Assembly: GCA_902780135.1 (NCBI GenBank) | Contig: CACZEK010000013.1 | Coordinates: 46,470-110,469 of the forward strand | Origin: an uncultured bacterium | GTDB lineage: Bacteria > Verrucomicrobiota > Lentisphaeria > Victivallales > UBA1829 | Direction of reading: 5' to 3' | DNA: 64,000 nt | Shown: positions 1-9,098 of the stretch, piece by piece | Layout of the letters: each line of letters begins with the position of its first letter | Position numbering within the stretch: position 1 is the stretch's first letter | The notes under the pieces: generated by a model | The model's database searches: none | Told to the model about the DNA's origin: nothing | What the model saw: only the letters and a program-made list of their open reading frames with translations | Position numbers and translations under genes: made by a program

Positions 1-249
1 CGGGAAAAATGGCGATAAAGTCGGGAAAAGATGCAGTATATTATTTACAGGAAAAACTCGAATAACAGAAAAACGGAGAATAGTCGGATGAGACAACGAT
101 TCAGGATAGCCGTCACAGTGTACATGAATAGACTGAACTTGTCACCAGTTTGACCTGTGGAATGCTGTGCATTTTTTGTGTGAGAACATTTAAAGCAGGT
201 TTTTTTCCCTCATTTTTGTGTCACGCTCATCAAAAAACCGTCCAAAACC

Positions 250-640
250 CCGGTTTGATGACAGCCAGCGGGGGATAAGGCTCGGTTTTATGACAAGAAA
301 CTCCGAAAAGCGTTTACCGCGATATCGGATTTAAGTTCAAAATCAAATATCATAATCAATAGAATCGGGAGTATTTCGCCTCAAATCCGTGAACTTGGAA
401 ATCAAAAATCGTTCCGGTCAAACTGCCCCGATTTTCCCCCCTCAAATCGGCTCTCACGGCTACCACAAAACTGCTAAAACAGCCCTCGAAAGCTTAGCAG
501 ATTGGCGCTTTTCGGGACCGACGGGGAGTCAGAAAGGGGGATGCCGGGTGACCCGGTTAGCAGATTTTGAGCTCAATTCTGAGGGGAAGATACGAAAAAA
601 GCCCGGTGGAATCCATCGGGCTTGAAGAATCGAATGGTGG
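250..640. repeat. Direct repeat, copy A (~390 bp; has an extra 42-bp segment at 412-453 relative to copy B)
   Basis: Aligned by eye to 12250-12599. Only about a dozen substitutions from 'atgacaagaaactccgaaaag' (290) to 'gaagaatcgaatggtgg' (640). More diverged in the first ~40 bp. Similarity stops abruptly at 640/12599. Confidence 0.9.
595..621 (-). terminator. Rho-independent terminator-like hairpin inside repeat copy A
   Basis: GCCCGGTGG-AAT-CCATCGGGC forms a 9-bp stem with one G-U pair at 601-621. A6 at 595-600 gives a U6 tract after the hairpin on the minus strand. It lies downstream of the minus-strand gene 883-2757. On the plus strand it is followed only by the weak tract TTGAAGAAT. Confidence 0.55.
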
Positions 641-882
641 CAAGGACCGATTATAAGCCTGTGACTGCTAACAACGCACAACTATTTTGCTTGATTTGTG
701 CTCAAATTACATCTTTTAATTGGCTGTTTAGCAATTTCCTGTTAGCAATTATTAGCTAAGTTTCTAAAGCATAGGTTTTGGTGACTTTAGTTTATGGGCT
801 TTTTTGATTGATGGGTACCATTCCCCCAAAAAAAGGAATCCTGCTAATACCACGCCATAGGTACTCGCATCGTTTCTGTCAA

Positions 883-2757
883 TCATCCCACCACGATCTC
901 GACGGACTTGCCACAGAACGCGACCCCGTATTTGAGGACGGAGGACTTTTTCCTCGAGCTCAACTGAGCGTCATAGCGTTTTTCATTGATTTGCTTCAAG
1001 GCTTCTCCGGCCAGTTTTTTCAACTGGGCCTGTGTGCATTTCTGGGCAGCTTTGAGCTCAATCAGGATTCCCGGCAATTGTTCGTTCCCTGGCTTCGGCG
1101 ACAGACAGATGTCGTACCGACCTTCTCCTGCCTCGCGGTTTGAGGAAACTTCGTACCGATTATCCATGACCGTGCAGAGTCCCAACACGAGACCGTGGTA
1201 GAAGTTTTCATGTGCCGTATCAAACGAGCTCACGGATACCAGAAGAAGATTCCGCAGCGCCCCCTCAAGCATAAGCTTGTCGCCGGAGTAAAGCGCCTCC
1301 TGAATCGCGATTGCCGTGGACTGAGGGAAGACGACGTTCATCTTCTGCAGGATTTCCTTGTTGTAGACGAACGTGATTTCCTTGTTTGGCAGGGCCAGTT
1401 CGCAGATGAAGTCGCCGCTGAACGACTGTTCGGACTTGACGATCTTCAAATATCCCGCCACGAGCAGGAAACTGTAGATCGAAGACGGATTGTCGCGGAT
1501 TTGAGGGTAGATCACGCTGGTGTCGATGTAGGAAGTGATGGTTTTCCCCTGAATCAACAGGTTCAGCTTGTCGTACACGCCGTTGTCCGCGGTCGCCAGA
1601 ATCTCGCCGACCACGGAATTGCTGCCGGTCGACTGCCAGTAGGCGCGAGGTTGGCACTCGTTGCCGAAGAAGTTGATGACCGACCACGGATTGAAGATGT
1701 CGGTATTGCCGAAGCGGTAGCCGTCGTACCATTCGCAGATCTCCTGATACTTGTCGTCGGCGCGGTAGTAATGCGCCATGGCCTTGACTTCCTCGTGCGT
1801 GAAGCCGAAATATTCGCTGTAGCGGTTGTCGAGGATGGTGTTGATCTTCGGGTTGTTCAGACCGCTGAATATGCTTTCCTTTGCGACCTTGAGAATCCCG
1901 GTCAGGAATCCGAACGACAGATGGCTGTTGTCCTTGAACCCGCCCGAAAAGAGGTTCCGCATGAAGTGGATAATGGAATCGTAGAATCCCCTCACATGGC
2001 CCTGATGGATGGGCGTGTCGTATTCGTCCACGATGATGATCGGCGCGATCCCGTAATGCTTATGGAGCAGCTCGGAAAGCGTTGAGAACGACGCCTCGAT
2101 CTCCGCTGAGTTCGCGTTCCCGTCCAGGATCGCCTTCATTTTCTTTTTCTCGTAGCTGTTCAGCTTCGGACTCTCCAGCAGCTCCAGATGCCGTTCGAAC
2201 TCGCGCTGAAGGAGATTGCAGATGTTGGTGTAGGTGTCTTCCCAGGTCAGGCACTTCACATCCTTGAACGAGACGAAGATCACGGGGTACTTTCCCTGAT
2301 AATCCCGGTATTTCCGGCCGCATTTCCAGATGTTGCGGTCCCGGAAATAAACGGAGGTGTCCTCCTCGCTGCGCTCGAAAAACGTGCGGAGCATGTCCAT
2401 GTTGAGCGTCTTTCCGAATCTGCGAGGTCGCGTGAAGAGCGAAACAAGCGGGCGTTCATCCAGAATATCGCGGATCAGCAGGGTCTTGTCGACGTAATAG
2501 TATTCCGTGGATGCGAGGCGATAATCCGAGACGCCGATGGGAAGCGGGAGGCTGCCCTGAGCTTGAATCTCCTGCTTTCTGTATGCGCCGTTCCGGATGC
2601 GACGGTCGACGGGCTTTTCCGTATCGGCGGGGATTTGCCACGAGCGTCCCTTCTTCACGGCCCCATGAATCGTTCCGTTGCTGCACAGTTCGCTCACACG
2701 GCGTTCCGTCAGGTTCCACCGTTCCGCCATCGTCCGGGTTGTTTCCATTTTCTTCAT
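883..2757 (-). CDS. AAA-ATPase_like + C-terminal PD-(D/E)XK (PDDEXK_9-type) nuclease-domain protein with an N-terminal HTH
   Basis: 624-aa ORF. N-terminus 'MAERWNLTERRVSELCSNGTIHGAVKKGRSWQIP' is MerR/excisionase-like HTH. 'YYYVDKTLLI..L......SLFTRPRRFGKTLNMDMLRTFFE' and 'IIIVDEYDTP' are the P-loop-like and Walker-B-like signatures of the AAA-ATPase_like family. The C-terminal 'GRYDICL....ILIELK' is typical of PDDEXK_9. Confidence 0.85.
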   Translation of the reverse strand: MKKMETTRTMAERWNLTERRVSELCSNGTIHGAVKKGRSWQIPADTEKPVDRRIRNGAYRKQEIQAQGSLPLPIGVSDYRLASTEYYYVDKTLLIRDILDERPLVSLFTRPRRFGKTLNMDMLRTFFERSEEDTSVYFRDRNIWKCGRKYRDYQGKYPVIFVSFKDVKCLTWEDTYTNICNLLQREFERHLELLESPKLNSYEKKKMKAILDGNANSAEIEASFSTLSELLHKHYGIAPIIIVDEYDTPIHQGHVRGFYDSIIHFMRNLFSGGFKDNSHLSFGFLTGILKVAKESIFSGLNNPKINTILDNRYSEYFGFTHEEVKAMAHYYRADDKYQEICEWYDGYRFGNTDIFNPWSVINFFGNECQPRAYWQSTGSNSVVGEILATADNGVYDKLNLLIQGKTITSYIDTSVIYPQIRDNPSSIYSFLLVAGYLKIVKSEQSFSGDFICELALPNKEITFVYNKEILQKMNVVFPQSTAIAIQEALYSGDKLMLEGALRNLLLVSVSSFDTAHENFYHGLVLGLCTVMDNRYEVSSNREAGEGRYDICLSPKPGNEQLPGILIELKAAQKCTQAQLKKLAGEALKQINEKRYDAQLSSRKKSSVLKYGVAFCGKSVEIVVG

Positions 2758-3202
2758 ATCGACCTCCGATCTTCCGCTGTTTGAACATAACTATACACCC
2801 GATTCGGAACAATGTCAAGTCTTATTCGGAATTATTCCGAAAGAAATGTGATATTGTTCCGAATCATCATGCCGTGCGTGAAGGAAAAGCCTGTGCTTTT
2901 GACCTCTCCAAAAAGGCTATAACAACGGCGATCGGGAAGGGCATGAGCAGATTGGATTGGAAGGGAAACGGGAAATGACATTTTCAAGACAGTGTCGCAA
3001 TCGTGACCGATGTGTCGCCGGTTTTCCTGAACTTGTTTGCCCCGTGATCCTCGCGGAAGCGACAAATCGTTAAAAAAACTTCCGTTTCGGCTTGATTATA
3101 CGGCATTTTAGGACTATAGTATTGCACGATTTGTACTGCACCCGCCTCAACAACCCCTCGTGACCGGGCGACCGACCTCGTTGCCCGGCGAAATGGAATC
3201 CG

Positions 3203-5077
3203 ATGATCAATATCCGCAAGCTGGAAGCCGACCTCTGGGAATCCGCCGATCTACTCCGCGCCGATTCCAAGCTCACCTCGAATCAATACTGCATGCCCGT
3301 CCTGGGGCTGATCTTCCTGCGTTACGCGTACAGCCGGTTCAAGAAGGTTGAGGCGGAGATCCTGAAAAACCGTCCTTCGCGCGGCGGAAAGATCATGCCC
3401 GTGGAGGCCAGCGATTTTGCGGCGAAGAGCGCGCTGTATCTGCCGAGGGAGGCGCAGTACGAGTTCCTGGTCAATCTGCCCGGCGACATCGCGTCCGCAG
3501 GGCTGACCGGCATCGACGGCCACCCGGTCAAAAGCCTCGGCGAGGCGGTGAACAACGCCATGCTGCTGATCGAGGCGCAGAGCGAACAGCTCACCGGCGT
3601 CCTCCCCCAGACCTATACCGACTTTTCCGATGGTCTCCTCGCCGAGCTGCTGCGCATCTTCAACAACGACCAGATCGACTCCGTGGGCGGCGACGTGATC
3701 GGCCGCATCTACGAATACTTCCTGAACAAGTTCGCCAAGAACATCGCATCCGACGACGGCGTATTCTTCACGCCGAAATCCCTGGTGAAGATGATCGTGA
3801 ACGTCCTCGAACCGAAGAAGGGCACCCTGCTGGACCCCGCCTGCGGTTCGGGCGGGATGTTCATTCAGAGCGGCGACTTCGTGAACGCGGCGGGCATGAA
3901 CGCCAACAGCTCCATGACATTCTTCGGGCAGGAGAAGGTGAAGTACAACGCCCAGCTATGCCTCATGAACATGGCCGTGCACGGCCTGACCGGGAAGATC
4001 AAGTCCGGCGACGACGCCAACAGCTTCTACCACGACGCCCACAACCTGAACGGCTGCTGCGACTACGTCATGGCGAATCCGCCGTTCAATGTGGACAAGG
4101 TCAAGGCCGAATCCTGCGAGAACGCGGGGCGTCTCCCGTTCGGGCTCCCCGGCGTGAACAAGAAGACCAAGGAAGTCGGCAACGCCAACTACCTCTGGAT
4201 CTCCTACTTCTACTCCTACCTCAACGAACGCGGCCGGGCGGGCTTCGTCATGGCGTCCTCCGCCACGGACAGCCAGGGCAAGGACAAGGAAATCCGCGAA
4301 AAGCTCGTCCGGACCGGACATGTGGACGTGATGGTCTCGGTCGGGAACAACTTCTTCTACACCAAGTCGCTGCCGTGTTCACTGTGGTTCTTCGACAAGG
4401 CGAAGGGCGAGAAGGCCAAGGGCAAAGTGCTGTTCCTCGACGCCCGGAACTACTACACCGTGGTGGACCGCACCCTGAACGAGTGGAGCGAATGGCAACT
4501 GAAGAACCTGAACGCCATCGTGTGGCTTTATCGCGGCGAGGTGGAGAAATACACGGCCCTGCTGAAAGAATACCGCGCCGATCTCCGCGCGAAGGCCGAG
4601 GCCGCCGACTTCGAGAAGCAGGCGCTGGAAAAAGCCGTTCGTCAGGAAACGTTCGCAGACATCGTGTCCGGCCTGACCGAAGCCCATGCCGCCTTGCAGA
4701 AGACGGCGAAAGCCGAGGTGGAAGCAGCCGAAAAGCGCGAGAAGAAGAAAGTCCAGCAGCTTTTCGAGGACCGGATCGAATACGTTGAAGACATGCTGAC
4801 CGAAGCGAAAGAAGCGCAGTGGCTCGTCGAGAAATTCGGCGACGGCGTTTATACGGACGTGCTCGGCCTCTGCAAGGTGGCGGACATCGACGAGATTGAA
4901 GACAAGGGCTGGTCGCTGACTCCCGGCGCATACGTGGGCGTTGCGCCCGTCCAGGACGATGGTGTGGACTTCGCCGGTCGCATGGCGGAAATCCATCGGG
5001 AACTCCTCGCGCTTCAGGCGGAATCCAACGCCCTCATGGACACCATCTCGAAAAACATGAAGGAGATGGGGCTGTGA
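3203..5077 (+). CDS. hsdM: Type I restriction-modification system, DNA methyltransferase subunit HsdM
   Basis: 624-aa ORF. N-terminal HsdM_N-like 'LWESADLLRADSKLTSNQYCMPVLGLIFLRY'. SAM motif 'LLDPACGSGGMF'. Catalytic N6-adenine motif 'VMANPPFNV'. Overlaps the hsdS start (GTGA at 5074-5077). Confidence 0.95.
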   Translation: MINIRKLEADLWESADLLRADSKLTSNQYCMPVLGLIFLRYAYSRFKKVEAEILKNRPSRGGKIMPVEASDFAAKSALYLPREAQYEFLVNLPGDIASAGLTGIDGHPVKSLGEAVNNAMLLIEAQSEQLTGVLPQTYTDFSDGLLAELLRIFNNDQIDSVGGDVIGRIYEYFLNKFAKNIASDDGVFFTPKSLVKMIVNVLEPKKGTLLDPACGSGGMFIQSGDFVNAAGMNANSSMTFFGQEKVKYNAQLCLMNMAVHGLTGKIKSGDDANSFYHDAHNLNGCCDYVMANPPFNVDKVKAESCENAGRLPFGLPGVNKKTKEVGNANYLWISYFYSYLNERGRAGFVMASSATDSQGKDKEIREKLVRTGHVDVMVSVGNNFFYTKSLPCSLWFFDKAKGEKAKGKVLFLDARNYYTVVDRTLNEWSEWQLKNLNAIVWLYRGEVEKYTALLKEYRADLRAKAEAADFEKQALEKAVRQETFADIVSGLTEAHAALQKTAKAEVEAAEKREKKKVQQLFEDRIEYVEDMLTEAKEAQWLVEKFGDGVYTDVLGLCKVADIDEIEDKGWSLTPGAYVGVAPVQDDGVDFAGRMAEIHRELLALQAESNALMDTISKNMKEMGL

Positions 5078-6213
5078 TTAAGACTACTGTGCGAGAACTG
5101 GGAAGAGTGGTAACGGGGCATACTCCTCCAACAACAAAAAAGGAATACTATGGGGATAAATATCTTTTCCTAAAACCGACAGATATGGTTATAGGACAAA
5201 AACACGCTTATACAACGGAAGAAGGCTACTCAGAACTCGCAGCAACTAAATATAAGAGCAGTTTAATTCCAAAAGGTTCGACCTGTGTTGTATGCATTGG
5301 AACTCTTGGTGAAAAAATGGCAATGGCCCATTGCGATCTTTTTACAAATCAATCTGTCAATTCAATTATACCAAATGACAATTATGACCCTGATTATGTG
5401 TATTATCTCTTAAAGCATAACCTACATAAAGTAAAAGCCTTAAATAAAGGAACAGCATCTGGCCGAGAATTTGTTTCAAAGACCACATTTTTAGATCTTG
5501 AAATAGAGGTAATAGACAATTTAAATATCCAAAGAAAAGTGAGTAGCATTCTTTCCTCTTTTGACGATTTGATCGAAAACAATCGGAAGCAGATCAAATT
5601 GCTGGAAGAGGCGGCGCAGTGGCTTTATAAAGAATGGTTTATCGATCTCCATTTCCCCGGTTATGAAACCACCCCCATCCACGATGGCATCCCTGAAGGA
5701 TGGCGGAAGGAAGGATTAGGTGGTTTGGCACCCATTATTACTGGAAAGAAAGATGCAAATTTCGGAACTGAGGACGGAGTTTTTCCATTCTTTACATGTG
5801 CGCAAGAACCAATAAAAGCACCATCGTATTCCTTTGATTGCAATGCGGTTATCCTTGCAGGAAATGGGGACTTTAATGTAAAAATATACAGAGGGAAGTT
5901 TGAGGCTTATCAACGAACGTATGTGCTTTCACCCAAAGATGACAAACATCTTTTTTTATTATTCCACGCTGTCCGGGGAAACATGATGCATCTTTTTAAG
6001 GCGGCAAGCGGTTCAACGATAAAATTCTTGACAAAAGGCATGTTGGAGAATATCCCGGTATTCGTTCCTTCCGAGGATATTTTGAATATGTACTATGCCA
6101 TCTGCGAAGCAATCCAATGTTCGATAGAATGTCTAAAACAACAAATATCCTATTCTCAAGAAGCCCGCAATCGTCTTCTTCCCAAACTCATGAATGGAGA
6201 AATGGAGGTTTAG
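5074..6213 (+). CDS. hsdS: Type I R-M specificity subunit HsdS
   Basis: 379-aa ORF with a GTG start overlapping the hsdM stop. It has two variable halves separated by the conserved helical spacer 'FDDLIENNRKQIKLLEEAAQWLYKEWF', and ends with the second conserved helix 'ARNRLLPKLMNGEMEV'. AT-rich, as is usual for hsdS. Confidence 0.9.
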   Translation: MIKTTVRELGRVVTGHTPPTTKKEYYGDKYLFLKPTDMVIGQKHAYTTEEGYSELAATKYKSSLIPKGSTCVVCIGTLGEKMAMAHCDLFTNQSVNSIIPNDNYDPDYVYYLLKHNLHKVKALNKGTASGREFVSKTTFLDLEIEVIDNLNIQRKVSSILSSFDDLIENNRKQIKLLEEAAQWLYKEWFIDLHFPGYETTPIHDGIPEGWRKEGLGGLAPIITGKKDANFGTEDGVFPFFTCAQEPIKAPSYSFDCNAVILAGNGDFNVKIYRGKFEAYQRTYVLSPKDDKHLFLLFHAVRGNMMHLFKAASGSTIKFLTKGMLENIPVFVPSEDILNMYYAICEAIQCSIECLKQQISYSQEARNRLLPKLMNGEMEV

Positions 6214-6216
6214 AAA

Positions 6217-7950
6217 ATGGAACATCACACTCTCGACAATTGGAGTAAGGATTTTAGGCCTGACGGGCTCTTATACTTTACACAGCGCATTGAAGAAATG
6301 TTAACCCCCTCTACCGACCACATCTTTAAAATGCCGGTTCTTAATACGGCTTTATTGGTTGACGAATATTTGGAAAATGCAAAATTAGTTCGAGAAGGCA
6401 TAATCGATCCTATTCATTTAGAGCATATTATGGAAGAGTTTCGAGCTTCGTTCGAAGATGACATTGTCCTCAAAAAGAATCTTAAAGAGCAAGACAAACG
6501 ATCTGTTCTTCAAAAGATCGAAAGTAAAGAAGATAATTATGAAAATGTATTGGGATATGTAAAGCTTCTTCTTCGAGATTATCAGGTGTGGTGTAAGGAG
6601 ATGCTGCTGGATTATGTTCCGCAGGACAACAAAAAAAAGGAAATAGAGCAATTGATCAGATGTTATATTCCGGGATTGATCTCTTCCGGATACAGCAGTG
6701 AATTTGTCTGTCGTTACAATACAAAGATATTCAACACGGAGCCTGTGAATTCTTTTGATTCGCTTAATGCTTTTCTAAATCGGTTTGACTTCAAAAAAAG
6801 GAAATACGCTGTATATATTGCAATTGATGCCAACGTCATCAAATTCCGAAAAGTACTTGAAAAACGATTAAGCGTTGATTTCGAGCCATTCAAAGACAAT
6901 ATAGACATTCCGTATGACAAAGAGAAATATATCCTAAGCAGGATTCAAATCACCGACCTGGATGAACAATCTGCGGCAAAGAAAGCATATAAACATCTAA
7001 ATACCTTTTTTACCTACTATCGTCTTTTGGGGGAACAGGAAGAGAATTGGTACTTTAACGATGTGCGGGTTGTTGATGAAAAAAAACAGATTTCTAAAGC
7101 TGTATTAAAAACCTCTGGATTAAATCGTTCCAACAATCAAAATACAGAGGTTCTGGCAAGTTATGCCGATTACTACATAATTTCGCTGCAATCGAATGCC
7201 AGGAAAGCATATCAGCAAATCAATCGGGCAATTGATTTGCATAACATAGCAATTGACGATATTGATATAAAAAACCGTTTCCTTAATTTTTGGTCGACTT
7301 TGGAAATATTGTTCGTTTCGGATAAAAACATGCCCACAATTAATGAGATTATATATAAAATGGTGCCAATTTTACAAAAGGATTATTTGGATTATCTTTT
7401 TTACTGGTTTAATACTGAAATACTTAAACTAAAAGAGCAGCTAGGTCTTGATTCTCTTGCAGAACAGATTGAGGAGGACAAAAATGATATCTTGTGGCCT
7501 ATTTATATTGCTGCATTAAACAAGTATTCAGCACAACGCGACGAACTGTATTTATTTCTTAAGGATTATCCGTTATTACGCAATAGGCTTTTTCAACTAA
7601 ATGAGATGTGTCACAACAAGGCAAGACTTGCAAAGATTGTAAACGAACACGGAGAGAGAGTTTCCTGGCATATAAAACGCTTGTACAGGACGAGGAATGC
7701 TATTGTCCATTCTGGAATATGCCCCAACAATCTTCAAGAACTAACAGATCATCTCCATGGTTATGCAGACCAGTGTTTGAATGAATTAATAATCCTGTTA
7801 TCTAGAAAAAGACAATTAGAAAGTATTTCTAATGCACTAATTGACGTCCAATTCCGAACCGAAGAGATCATGGCCACATTACATGATCAATCACCAATTA
7901 ACAAAGATGAGCTGTTATCCATCTTATATTTTTGGTCTCAATTCTCGTAA
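6217..7950 (+). CDS. Uncharacterised 577-aa protein with a C-terminal HEPN-like R-x4-H motif (Abi-like)
   Basis: The ATG is 4 nt after the hsdS stop. Very AT-rich: sampled 60-nt lines give roughly 27-42% G+C, against ~60% in hsdM/hsdR. 'RLYRTRNAIVHSG' (about 7678-7716) matches the HEPN Rx4-6H signature, and is preceded by a helical region ('INRAIDLHNIAI...FLNFWSTLEILF'). I recognise no other domain. Confidence 0.7.
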   Translation: MEHHTLDNWSKDFRPDGLLYFTQRIEEMLTPSTDHIFKMPVLNTALLVDEYLENAKLVREGIIDPIHLEHIMEEFRASFEDDIVLKKNLKEQDKRSVLQKIESKEDNYENVLGYVKLLLRDYQVWCKEMLLDYVPQDNKKKEIEQLIRCYIPGLISSGYSSEFVCRYNTKIFNTEPVNSFDSLNAFLNRFDFKKRKYAVYIAIDANVIKFRKVLEKRLSVDFEPFKDNIDIPYDKEKYILSRIQITDLDEQSAAKKAYKHLNTFFTYYRLLGEQEENWYFNDVRVVDEKKQISKAVLKTSGLNRSNNQNTEVLASYADYYIISLQSNARKAYQQINRAIDLHNIAIDDIDIKNRFLNFWSTLEILFVSDKNMPTINEIIYKMVPILQKDYLDYLFYWFNTEILKLKEQLGLDSLAEQIEEDKNDILWPIYIAALNKYSAQRDELYLFLKDYPLLRNRLFQLNEMCHNKARLAKIVNEHGERVSWHIKRLYRTRNAIVHSGICPNNLQELTDHLHGYADQCLNELIILLSRKRQLESISNALIDVQFRTEEIMATLHDQSPINKDELLSILYFWSQFS

Positions 7951-8219
7951 TTGTATTTATGTGTCGCATTTTTTAAACTGTAATACAATGTATGAGACAA
8001 GATTGCGTTATTCTTGGAGCAAACAATTAAAGAAATGAGGAATAACATGATAAAACAACCAAGATGGAAAACGGTTGAGTATTCCCGAACAAGAATAAAA
8101 GCGCGGGATCAACCGTAAAAAACAAACAAGCTTCTGAACAGGAAATAGATGAAGCAAGAAAAGTTATCGACAATTGGCGTGCCGCTCATGCCTTTCCTCT
8201 TCATGTTTTATACGTTCAT

Positions 8220-9098
8220 TTGCGGAGAATGGCAAAAGGTCGAAATGGCATTATTGTTGCAGAAAGACTGAAAAGACTGAAATCCATTGTAAAAAAACTA
8301 AGGAAAGGACATGCAAACAACCTCTTGACGATGCAGGATTTAGGGGGATGTCGTGTTGTTGTTCCAACAATAAGCGACGTCTATCAATATGCCTCGGATT
8401 ATGACAAATCAAAGAAACGTCATGTCCGGATGCCTGATGATGACTATATAATGAATCCGAAAGCTTCAGGATACCGAAGCCTGCACAGAGTTTACAAGTA
8501 CTGCAGCGACAGGAATCCGAAATACAATGGCATGTTGATCGAAGTTCAGTTCAGAACGCATCTTCAGCACATTTGGGCTACGGCGGTCGAAACAATGGGG
8601 TTGTTTACTGGCAAGGATATTAAATCGGGAGAAGGCTCTCCGGATGTCAAACGTTTTTTTGCACTAGTCTCTTCCTTGTTTGCTATTAAGGAAAAACAGC
8701 CGGTTGTTCCCGGAACGTCAGACCAGATTGACGAACTTGTGAATGAGCTTAAAACAATTGAGAGCAGAAGGCGTTATTTGGATCATCTCAATGGATTTAA
8801 AGTCGTGGTCGAAGCTAATTTGCACCAATATAAGAGGGATCCCCCCTATGTTATCTTATTTTTGGACTACAAAAAGAAGCATCTCGTGGTCATGCCATTC
8901 AAATCCAGTGAAATTGAAACGGCAAACGTCAATTACAGCGAAATAGAAATAGGTAAAGACGCATCAAGGGTTGACGCGGTGCTGGTTCGTGTGTCTTCCG
9001 ATATCAACGAACTGAAAAAAGCCTATCCGAACTATTTCTCCGATATTGAAGAATTTGTAACTCTTGTAAAAAAATACCTGGAAGGGGACGCATCATGA
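8220..9098 (+). CDS. RelA/SpoT-homolog (RSH) nucleotidyltransferase-domain protein. The ORF as tracked is N-terminally short; the full gene is probably 8047-9098 with a frame change near 8097-8100.
   Basis: Synthetase-domain signatures are 'LGGCRVVV', 'ASGYRSLHRVYKY' and 'IEVQFRTHLQHIWATAVE'. A ~150-aa C-terminal extension of unknown function follows. The stop overlaps the hsdR start (ATGA at 9095-9098). See the frameshift finding. Confidence 0.8.
   Translation: MRRMAKGRNGIIVAERLKRLKSIVKKLRKGHANNLLTMQDLGGCRVVVPTISDVYQYASDYDKSKKRHVRMPDDDYIMNPKASGYRSLHRVYKYCSDRNPKYNGMLIEVQFRTHLQHIWATAVETMGLFTGKDIKSGEGSPDVKRFFALVSSLFAIKEKQPVVPGTSDQIDELVNELKTIESRRRYLDHLNGFKVVVEANLHQYKRDPPYVILFLDYKKKHLVVMPFKSSEIETANVNYSEIEIGKDASRVDAVLVRVSSDINELKKAYPNYFSDIEEFVTLVKKYLEGDAS

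Noticed and set aside
389-625. 78-aa ORF inside repeat copy A, and its 64-aa counterpart at 12390-12584 inside copy B. The 42-bp indel between the copies is in-frame.
   Set aside because: It has a GTG start with no RBS. Of the ~8 substitutions inside the ORF, nearly all are non-synonymous (Y/C, T/P, S/I, D/N, VT/TS, S/F) against one synonymous change, so there is no sign of purifying selection on a protein. The ORF also runs through the terminator hairpin. I treat it as non-coding repeat sequence.
636-700. The minus-strand sequence ends in ...GGTCCTTGCCACCA, resembling a tRNA 3' acceptor end with CCA at the edge of repeat copy A. This would be a possible tRNA-linked att site.
   Set aside because: No T-arm (GTTCRANYC-type loop with a complementary stem) or cloverleaf can be folded from the adjacent sequence.
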